Shown here one piece after another: positions 8,439 through 14,502 of a stretch of DNA of 38,402 bases. The position numbers were made by a program, and so were the translations under genes. The stretch is from Patescibacteria group bacterium. GTDB taxonomy: Bacteria; Patescibacteriota; UBA1384; CAILIB01. The stretch is taken from positions 1 to 38,402 of the forward strand of contig JBBQFV010000002.1 in NCBI GenBank assembly GCA_038322405.1, written 5' to 3'. Under the pieces are notes generated by a model, which was not told the DNA's origin, made no database searches, and saw nothing but the letters and a program-made list of their open reading frames with translations. Positions within the stretch are counted from its first letter, which is position 1. Every line of letters begins with the position of its first letter.

Positions 8439-8467
8439 AGTATAGCGAATCTGTTGACACCTGTCGA
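8439..8467 (-). promoter_or_regulatory. sigma70-like promoter for tRNA-Lys
   Basis: Minus strand TCGACA (8467-8462) - 17 nt - TATACT (8444-8439). The predicted start is near 8432, giving a ~68-nt leader that contains the perfect hairpin AATCTTGC-AAA-GCAAGATT (8388-8406, written on the plus strand). Confidence 0.4.
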
Positions 8468-8481
8468 GAACGGCGTATCTT
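8454..8481 (+). promoter_or_regulatory. candidate plus-strand promoter, back-to-back with the tRNA promoter
   Basis: TTGACA (8454-8459) - 16 nt - TATCTT (8476-8481). It points toward the plus-oriented terminator at 8528-8556. Confidence 0.25.
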
Positions 8482-8487
8482 AAAGGC

Positions 8488-8556
8488 ATATGAACAAGCG
8501 GGCAAATTAGTCCACACTCTCCTCCTAGGCCCGCAGCATAGCGGGCCACTTTTTTT
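8488..8556 (+). ncRNA. candidate ~70-nt small RNA (promoter-to-terminator unit), unverified
   Basis: Delimited by the candidate promoter above and a canonical plus-strand intrinsic terminator. It contains a pyrimidine tract CACACUCUCCUCCUA just 5' of the terminator stem. Only a 6-codon ORF lies inside. Confidence 0.2.
8528..8556 (+). terminator. intrinsic terminator oriented on the plus strand, overlapping the stop of the minus-strand CvpA-like gene
   Basis: GGCCCGC-AGCATA-GCGGGCC followed by AC + TTTTTTT on the plus strand. On the minus strand the same hairpin has an A-run before it and no U-run after it. Confidence 0.55.
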
Positions 8557-9100
8557 ATTTCGCTTCATCATCGCCATAAATACCGAAGTAAATTATGACA
8601 AATACGGGCACCATCAGGATCCAGTCCCGCCACTCATAAATGAATGGCAAAAATTTTGAGTGTGAAAAGGCGATTGCCCGCCCTTCGGCTGTCATGAATA
8701 GGGTCAAAAACATGATCGTCACGGCAACTGTGCAGATAGAGTAAAGCACCACCTCCACAACCGAATATCTTGCCCTACTACCCCCTAATTTCAAAAATGC
8801 CGACAGCACAAAGGTGAACACTATCAGCAGAAAGGCTTGAGCAATGAACGGGGTAAGCGCGCCTTTAATCCAAACCTGGTTGAAAAGCACCCTGTCACCA
8901 CTAAATAACTGGGCTAAACGGGCACCCCAAGAGGCTGCCACAAAGTAGGCAACATAAACGCTCACCAGCGTTGCGAGGGCTTTGTGTTTGCGGATGATTA
9001 ACGTGTAGGCGAGCAGCAGGCCAAGCGCTGCGATGACCCCAATATCCCAGGTAACGGCTTTCATTACCTCCAGTATGGCGCCCCCGCCCCGAGAAGACAA
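8555..9100 (-). CDS. CvpA-like integral membrane protein (tentative)
   Basis: 181-aa ORF with 4-5 hydrophobic helices. The N-terminal pattern W-D-I-gviaalgLLLaytlIrk resembles the CvpA (colicin V production) family. The start is uncertain: TTG at 9100 directly abuts the dnaJ stop, and an alternative ATG lies at 9064 preceded by GGAGG. Confidence 0.5.
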   Translation of the reverse strand: MSSRGGGAILEVMKAVTWDIGVIAALGLLLAYTLIIRKHKALATLVSVYVAYFVAASWGARLAQLFSGDRVLFNQVWIKGALTPFIAQAFLLIVFTFVLSAFLKLGGSRARYSVVEVVLYSICTVAVTIMFLTLFMTAEGRAIAFSHSKFLPFIYEWRDWILMVPVFVIIYFGIYGDDEAK

Positions 9101-9670
9101 CTAGTGTAAACGCTTCAGCTCTTCGTACAGTTCCCGCTCCCGTTTCGAGAGGCGGCGCGGTACCACGACCCGTACAAGAATGGTGAGGTCTCCACGGCCA
9201 CCGCGGTAAGCCTTTCCCATTCCCCTAAACACTACCTGCTGGCCATCTTGGCAACCCACGGGAACCTCAAGGGTAATTTTGTCATTGCCTATGCGCAGGT
9301 CTATTTTGTCGCCTAGCACTGCTTGGGGGATAGAAACCTGGACCTCCGCTTGCACATTGGCCATGGCAGAGGCAAACATATCCGAAAATATGTCACCAAA
9401 ACCACCAAAACCAAATCCCTCAAACCCTCCACCACCCCCACCTCCGCCAAAGCCGCCTTGCTGGGGCCCGGCACTGCCATAGGCGTCATACCGTTGGCGC
9501 TTGTCAGGATCGGAGAGGGTTTGATACGCCTCGTTTACCTGCTTGAAGATTGCCTCATCACCACCCTTGTTTGGATGGTGCTGGTGGGCCTTTTTTCGAA
9601 AGGCTTTGTCAATTTCGTCTTTGGAGGCGCTTTTCGAAACCCCAAGGAGCTTATAGTAATCTTCAGCCAC
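9101..9670 (-). CDS. dnaJ: short J-domain co-chaperone (DnaJ-like; HPN instead of HPD, no zinc-finger domain)
   Basis: 189 aa. J domain [34 protein letters not shown]...[14 protein letters not shown], Gly/Phe-rich linker ([28 protein letters not shown]), and one C-terminal beta-sandwich ending [26 protein letters not shown]. No CxxCxGxG repeats. It sits immediately downstream of dnaK (3-nt gap). Confidence 0.85.
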   Translation of the reverse strand: MAEDYYKLLGVSKSASKDEIDKAFRKKAHQHHPNKGGDEAIFKQVNEAYQTLSDPDKRQRYDAYGSAGPQQGGFGGGGGGGGFEGFGFGGFGDIFSDMFASAMANVQAEVQVSIPQAVLGDKIDLRIGNDKITLEVPVGCQDGQQVVFRGMGKAYRGGRGDLTILVRVVVPRRLSKRERELYEELKRLH

Positions 9671-9673
9671 TGG

Positions 9674-11590
9674 CTATTTTTTCTCGTCTTTTGACTTTTC
9701 CTCTTCATCCTTTTTCTGGTCGTCTTCTTTAGCGCCGTCAGCCTTGGCTCCTTCTTCAGGGTTTTGGTACATAGCTGCCCCAACTACCTGAATTTTCTCA
9801 GAAAGGTTCTTTACCTTCGTCTCGATAGCCTCAGCGTCATCGCTCGCATGCACGCTCTTCAACTCGGCAATGGCATCTTCAACGGCCCGAATGTCTTCTT
9901 GCTTAATATCCTTCTTGGCTTCCTGAGCCTCTTTCAAGGTTTTTTCGGAAGTATAGATGAGCGAGTCGGCGTCGTTGCGCACTTCGACCAGCTTTTTCTT
10001 TTGGCTGTCCTCTTCGGCGTGGGCTTCGGCGTCTTTGCGCATTTGCTCAATTTCTTCGTCGGAAAGGCTGGAAGAAGCAGTGATAGTCACTTTTTGTTCC
10101 TTGTTTGTCCCCTTGTCGACGGCCTTCACGTTCACAATGCCGTTGGCATCAATGTCAAAGGTTACCTCGACTTGCGGTATGCCCCGAGGGGCTGGCGGAA
10201 TGCCATCGAGCACAAACTTGGCGAGAGTGCGGTTGTCACCAGACATTTGGCGCTCCCCTTGCAGCACGTGAATTTCTACCTGGGTTTGATTGTCGGCAGC
10301 AGTAGAGAATACTTGGCTCGCAGAAGTAGGAATAGTTTTATTGCGTTCAATGAGCTTGGTCATAATACCGCCCATAGTTTCGATACCAAGGGACAATGGC
10401 GTTACGTCAAGCAGCAAGATGTCCTTGGCGCTAGCGTCGCCACCAAGCACGCCACCCTGCACTGCGGCGCCAATTGCGACTGCTTCATCAGGGTTTACCG
10501 AGCGGTTTGGTTCTTTGCCAAAAAAGTCGCGTACTGTCTCCAATACCTTTGGCATGCGGGTCTGACCCCCTACCAAAATGACTTCCTGAATGTCGGCAGG
10601 TTTGAGCTTGGCATCGGCAAGGGCTTTTTTGACTGGCTCCATGCTACGGGTCACCAAACTATCCGCCAGTTGTTCAAATTTGGCGCGCGTTACCTTGAGT
10701 ACCAAGTGTTTTGGACCAGAGGCATCGGCGGTAATGAATGGAAGATTGATCTCGGTTTCCTGGGCGCTAGACAACTCAATCTTGGCTTTTTCGGCTGCTT
10801 CTTTGACGCGCTGAATGGCATCGGCCTGCCCAGTGAGGTCGAGGCCTTCCTGGATTTTGAACTCGGCCAAAATGTAGTCCATGAGCACCTTGTCAAAGTC
10901 GTCTCCACCAAGGTGGGTATCACCATTGGTAGAAAGGACTTTGAAGGTTTTCTGGCCATCGTCGTCGGTAAGCTTGAGGACGGTTACGTCGAAGGTTCCG
11001 CCACCAAGGTCGTACACTACGACTGTTTCTTCATTTTTCTTAAGCTCGAGGCCGTAGGCAATGGCGGCAGCGGTAGGCTCGTTCACGATTTGCTTTACGT
11101 CGAGGCCTGCAATTTTTCCTGCATTCTTAGTGGCCTGGCGCTGGGCATCGTTAAAGTAGGCAGGAACGGTGATCACCGCCTCTGTGACTTTTTCACCCAG
11201 GTAGGCCTCGGCATCGGCTTTCAGTTTTTGGAGCACGAACGCTGAAATTTCTTCAGGCGTGTACTCTTTGTCGCCCATTTTAACCTCTACCAGGTCATTG
11301 CGCCCTTTAAGAATTTCGTACGGTACACGCGACTTGTCTTCGAGCGTTTCTTCGTCGCTGTACTTGCGGCCAATGAAACGCTTAACCGAGAAAATAGTAT
11401 TCTTCGGGTTGGTTGCTGCCTGGCGTTTGGCGGGAATGCCCACAACGCGTTCGCCGTCTTTTTTCACCGCCACAACGGAAGGAACGGTGTTCTGTCCTTC
11501 AGCGGAAGGAATAACTTTTGCTGCTCCGCCCTCCATTACGGAAACAACAGAGTTGGTGGTGCCAAGGTCGATGCCAATAATTTTTCCCAT
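9674..11590 (-). CDS. dnaK: molecular chaperone DnaK (Hsp70)
   Basis: 638 aa. [16 protein letters not shown] and [11 protein letters not shown] motifs. Collinear without gaps with E. coli DnaK over at least the first 180 residues. Charged Lys/Glu/Asp C-terminal tail. Confidence 0.97.
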   Translation of the reverse strand: MGKIIGIDLGTTNSVVSVMEGGAAKVIPSAEGQNTVPSVVAVKKDGERVVGIPAKRQAATNPKNTIFSVKRFIGRKYSDEETLEDKSRVPYEILKGRNDLVEVKMGDKEYTPEEISAFVLQKLKADAEAYLGEKVTEAVITVPAYFNDAQRQATKNAGKIAGLDVKQIVNEPTAAAIAYGLELKKNEETVVVYDLGGGTFDVTVLKLTDDDGQKTFKVLSTNGDTHLGGDDFDKVLMDYILAEFKIQEGLDLTGQADAIQRVKEAAEKAKIELSSAQETEINLPFITADASGPKHLVLKVTRAKFEQLADSLVTRSMEPVKKALADAKLKPADIQEVILVGGQTRMPKVLETVRDFFGKEPNRSVNPDEAVAIGAAVQGGVLGGDASAKDILLLDVTPLSLGIETMGGIMTKLIERNKTIPTSASQVFSTAADNQTQVEIHVLQGERQMSGDNRTLAKFVLDGIPPAPRGIPQVEVTFDIDANGIVNVKAVDKGTNKEQKVTITASSSLSDEEIEQMRKDAEAHAEEDSQKKKLVEVRNDADSLIYTSEKTLKEAQEAKKDIKQEDIRAVEDAIAELKSVHASDDAEAIETKVKNLSEKIQVVGAAMYQNPEEGAKADGAKEDDQKKDEEEKSKDEKK

Positions 11591-11599
11591 AGTAGTACC

Positions 11600-12100
11600 T
11601 TACTTCTGTTCGTGGTTGACGACGATAACCTGTACTGGCCGCACAATGCGGTCATACAGGCGATATCCCATGCTCTTTACTTCGGCAATGGTATCGTCGG
11701 GTTGGTCCGAAGTGGTCACGGTGCCTATGGCCTCGTGCTCGCTTGGGTTAAACTTCTCTCCTGGTTTGGCGCTCACTTCTTCAACGCCGCGCTCGGCCAG
11801 GACATCCATAAGCTGCTTGCGGATGTACAGAATGCCGGTTGCCCAAGCACTCTCTTTTTCTTCGGCGGGAACGTGCTCGGTTGCCCGGGTAAAGTTATCG
11901 AGGACAGGCAGGAGGTCGATGACCAAGTCACCAATCGCAAGCTTGCCCATAAGCTTGCGCTCGTCATCAAACCGCTTACGCAGGTTATCCTGGTCTGCAA
12001 GCGCGCGCTGATAGAGAGATTGGTAGTCAGTCTGACTAGCAGGAGGGGCTTCCTTTGAAGGGTGCGGATTTTCTGGGTGGGAATGCACGTGTTTCTTCAT
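11600..12100 (-). CDS. grpE: nucleotide exchange factor GrpE
   Basis: 166 aa. Coiled-coil N-terminal part (YQRALADQDNLRKRFDDE), LLPVLDNF motif, C-terminal beta domain (GYRLYDRIVRPVQV). Located 9 nt upstream of dnaK. Confidence 0.9.
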   Translation of the reverse strand: MKKHVHSHPENPHPSKEAPPASQTDYQSLYQRALADQDNLRKRFDDERKLMGKLAIGDLVIDLLPVLDNFTRATEHVPAEEKESAWATGILYIRKQLMDVLAERGVEEVSAKPGEKFNPSEHEAIGTVTTSDQPDDTIAEVKSMGYRLYDRIVRPVQVIVVNHEQK

Positions 12101-12127
12101 AGCTCGTTACCTGAGTACTGTTATCCA

Positions 12128-12156
12128 AATGTAAAGTATTGTTTACATTAGGTCAA
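12128..12156 (-). promoter_or_regulatory. grpE-dnaK-dnaJ promoter with overlapping 8-6-8 palindromic operator candidate
   Basis: Minus strand TTGACC (12156-12151) - 17 nt - TACATT (12133-12128), about 28 nt upstream of the grpE ATG. The spacer and -10 are occupied by the perfect inverted repeat AATGTAAA-N6-TTTACATT (12128-12149). Confidence 0.45.
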
Positions 12157-12168
12157 GAGAGGAGAGTT

Positions 12169-12339
12169 AGTGCAACGCACTTTTTTGTGCGCTTGCAGGG
12201 CGACTTTGCTTGCAAGAAGGAGTACTGTAAGCGCACAAAAAGCCTTGGCGAAGCCAAGGAAGTCTCCGAACGCCGTCTTAATGCTTTGCGTAGCAAAACA
12301 TTAGGGAACGTGGTCCTTATGCTTTCGCGAAGCGAAAGC
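12169..12339. repeat. cluster of five consecutive perfect or near-perfect palindromes/hairpins in the grpE / comEC-like intergenic region
   Basis: A: AGTGC-AAC-GCACT (12169-12181). B: 13-bp stem TTTTTGTGCGCTT / AAGCGCACAAAAA (12182-12194 / 12229-12241) with a 34-nt loop. C: CCTTGGC-GAA-GCCAAGG (12243-12259). D: TTTGC-GTA-GCAAA (12285-12297). E: GCTTTCGC-GAA-GCGAAAGC (12321-12339). C and E both have the core GCGAAGC. Confidence 0.6.
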
Positions 12340-12417
12340 CATTAGCACGCCTCTCTCCACACTAGTCCAAACTGAACAACAATAGACGGGACAAACTGCT
12401 TCCAGTACCCTGCGCCT

Positions 12418-13296
12418 ATGCAGCGCATCACGAAATTTTGGTTAGCCACCCTCCTCGGCCTTTTTGTCCTGGGCTACTTCCTATTACCACTCACCCTTCC
12501 CCACCAAGCAAGGTTGTGGGTACTCAGCGTCGGCCAAGGCGAATCAGTGCTCTACCAAGACACTTCGGGAAAGTCCCTCCTGTTTGATGGCGGTCCTGAC
12601 GACACAGTGCTCAGCGAACTTGGCCGCATCCTGCCGCCGTGGCACCGTTACATCGACGTTGTCGTGCTCTCCCACACCCACGTCGACCATGTGCGTGGCC
12701 TTATTTCGGTCCTGGAGCGCTACAGGGTGGGCGAAGTATGGGAATCGGGCGCGTTGTATCCCGGTGGGGATATGGTCAGCTGGCACAAGCTCATACAAGA
12801 GAAAAACATTCCCGACCACATAGTGTTTGCCGGGATAGAAATGACCATAGGAAATACCCATATCCTCACCATGCATCCCATGAAAAGCATGGTTGGCGTG
12901 AAGGTGCCTGAAGCGCACGATGCGACAGTGGTGCTGCAAATGACAATCGATTCCGAAAAAATATTGCTTACGGGGGACCTGAACGAAAAGCATGAGGCCG
13001 ATATTATGGCTTGGTGCCAACCACCAAAGTGCTCCCTGCAAAGTGACATCCTGCAAGTCCCCCACCACGGTTCCGACACTGGGCTGTCGCCTCCATTCTT
13101 AGCGGCAGTACAACCGCAGTTCGCTTTTATTTGTGTTGGCCAAAACAACAGTTACCACCATCCGCGGGCAATCATTTTGCAGCTACTTGAGGAATCCCAC
13201 ATCCCGTACCAGCGTACGGACACCCAAGGCGGCGTCAAAATTACTTTTGGGCGCGGGAGGTTCGTGTATGAAAATTATGGGTCTGCGCCGCGATGA
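12418..13296 (+). CDS. membrane-anchored ComEC/Rec2-type metallo-beta-lactamase domain protein (no competence-channel domain)
   Basis: 292 aa. One N-terminal TM helix (FWLATLLGLFVLGYFLLPL), then VGQGESVL, HTHVDHVRG (HxHxDH), VPHHGS and NSYHHP, the motif series of the C-terminal MBL domain of ComEC. Confidence 0.8.
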   Translation: MQRITKFWLATLLGLFVLGYFLLPLTLPHQARLWVLSVGQGESVLYQDTSGKSLLFDGGPDDTVLSELGRILPPWHRYIDVVVLSHTHVDHVRGLISVLERYRVGEVWESGALYPGGDMVSWHKLIQEKNIPDHIVFAGIEMTIGNTHILTMHPMKSMVGVKVPEAHDATVVLQMTIDSEKILLTGDLNEKHEADIMAWCQPPKCSLQSDILQVPHHGSDTGLSPPFLAAVQPQFAFICVGQNNSYHHPRAIILQLLEESHIPYQRTDTQGGVKITFGRGRFVYENYGSAPR

Positions 13297-13741
13297 GCGC
13301 AATTGCCACGGCATCTGCCGCGTCGTCTGGCTTAGGCAAGGTGGACAACTTAAGAAGCACTTGGACCATTTTTTGCATTTGTTGCTTGTCAGCCCGCCCG
13401 TACCCCGTAAGACCCAACTTTACTTCTTGAGGGGTAAACTCCACCATCGGCACTCCCATACGCTCAGCCACATACATAAGCACGCCCCGCGCCTGAGAAA
13501 CTACCATTGCTGTAGTTTGGTTATTGCTAAAGAAGATCTTCTCAATAGAAACAAGTCCTGGCTTGTGCTCGTCAATCAGTGATTCAATCCCATTGGCAAT
13601 TGCCAGGAGGCGCTTACTATCACTCATCGATTTGTCCGTAGTAATTACCCCATACCCTACGCAACGGGTACTGTTGCCAAGCGACTCAATTATTCCCCAT
13701 CCCACAATTGCAGTACCTGGGTCGAGCCCTAAAATTATCAT
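13241..13741 (-). CDS. ruvC: crossover junction endodeoxyribonuclease RuvC
   Basis: 166 aa. MIILGLDPG (catalytic Asp), SIEKIFF (Glu), PDDAADAVAIAL (acidic pair). The start overlaps the yebC stop in ATGA. Confidence 0.9.
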   Translation of the reverse strand: MIILGLDPGTAIVGWGIIESLGNSTRCVGYGVITTDKSMSDSKRLLAIANGIESLIDEHKPGLVSIEKIFFSNNQTTAMVVSQARGVLMYVAERMGVPMVEFTPQEVKLGLTGYGRADKQQMQKMVQVLLKLSTLPKPDDAADAVAIALIAAQTHNFHTRTSRAQK

Positions 13742-14454
13742 TCGGCAATATTGGTGTAGACGCTTGTCACGTCGTCGTAGTCTTCAAGTGCATCAATCAG
13801 CTTGGCCACTTTTTCAAGCGTTTCATCGTCAGATTCGATTGGCATATTCGGTACTTGTTCTATTTCGGCAGAATCAGCGCTAAAGCTGGCGGCAGCCAGC
13901 GCATCACGCACGGCATGCAACTCGTGTGTAGAGGTATACACCACGGCAAACCCTTCAGCTAGTTTATAGTCTTCTGCACCGCTTTCAATGCAGGCTTCTT
14001 CAAATGCTTCGGCCTTGGCAGCTGGAACTTCTAAGCGTAGTACACCACGGGGTGTAAATTGATAGGCAATGCCCCCGCCCTCTGCAAAACGGCCTCCATT
14101 TTTCTGAAAGGCAGTACGGACATCGGCGTTGGAGCGGTTGCGGTTATCGGTTAACACCGCGACTAACATGGCAATGTTGCCGGGACCAAAGCCCTCATAC
14201 AACAGTTCTTCTACTACAGCGCCGCCGAGTTCGCCCGTACCCCGCTTAATGGCCCGCTCAATATTGTCCTTCGGCATGTTGGAAGCACGTGCCTTGTCGA
14301 TTGCCAGGCGCAGCGAAGGGTTCATGCTAGGGTCGCCGCCATTGCGGGCTGCAATGGTCACATTGTTCCCTAGCCTCGTAAAGATATTGGAGCGCTTGGC
14401 ATCTACCGCCGCTTTGCGGTGCTTGATGCTGGCCCACTTGCTATGTCCAGACAT
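13738..14454 (-). CDS. yebC: YebC/PmpR-family DNA-binding regulator
   Basis: 238 aa. The diagnostic N-terminus MSGHSKWASIKHRKAAVDAKR plus length and acidic C-terminal domain. Classic yebC-ruvC gene order. Confidence 0.9.
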   Translation of the reverse strand: MSGHSKWASIKHRKAAVDAKRSNIFTRLGNNVTIAARNGGDPSMNPSLRLAIDKARASNMPKDNIERAIKRGTGELGGAVVEELLYEGFGPGNIAMLVAVLTDNRNRSNADVRTAFQKNGGRFAEGGGIAYQFTPRGVLRLEVPAAKAEAFEEACIESGAEDYKLAEGFAVVYTSTHELHAVRDALAAASFSADSAEIEQVPNMPIESDDETLEKVAKLIDALEDYDDVTSVYTNIAE

Positions 14455-14502
14455 GAAATGAGTTAGCTTACCTTCGAACGGTACCGAAAAGTGACAGTTG
14501 CT

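Noticed and set aside
8405-8659. 84-aa plus-strand ORF downstream of tRNA-Lys.
   Set aside because: It runs straight through a strong intrinsic terminator (8528-8556) and then antisense into the CvpA-like gene. It has no RBS, so it is not credible as a CDS.
9380-9480. C-rich, low-complexity tract on the plus strand (CCCTCCACCACCCCCACCTCCGCC...), which could be mistaken for a simple repeat or G-quadruplex element.
   Set aside because: It is the reverse complement of the Gly/Phe-rich linker codons of dnaJ and is fully explained by coding.
9764-11245. 493-aa stop-free ORF on the plus strand, antisense to dnaK (plus smaller antisense ORFs at 9957-10271, 10290-10565 and 10590-10814).
   Set aside because: This is a shadow ORF of a strongly codon-biased, highly conserved gene. 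Long antisense frames opposite hsp70 genes are a known artefact. Its translation is low-complexity with no recognisable motif and no RBS, while the minus-strand frame carries unmistakable DnaK motifs.
11259-12011. 250-aa plus-strand ORF spanning the dnaK N-terminus, the dnaK-grpE junction and most of grpE in antisense.
   Set aside because: Same shadow-ORF explanation. It crosses an intergenic gap of the real operon, has a Ser/Thr/Arg-rich nonsense composition, and has no start context.
12121-12129. TTATCCAAA, a one-mismatch DnaA-box-like 9-mer next to an AT-rich stretch, raising the idea of a replication origin.
   Set aside because: Only a single box was found, with no cluster of boxes and no dnaA/dnaN nearby. 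The AT-rich stretch is explained by the grpE promoter/operator.
12139-12345. 68-aa TTG-initiated ORF covering the palindrome cluster upstream of grpE.
   Set aside because: It has no RBS and a rare start codon. Its reading frame is a by-product of the symmetric palindromes, and its start lies inside the grpE promoter/operator. The region is treated as non-coding structured DNA/RNA instead.
12342-12350. TTAGCACGC, an 8/9 match to the left half of the CIRCE heat-shock operator.
   Set aside because: The required inverted partner GAGTGCTAA 9 nt downstream is absent (3/9 match). The site is also >200 nt upstream of the predicted grpE promoter, so it is not a CIRCE element.
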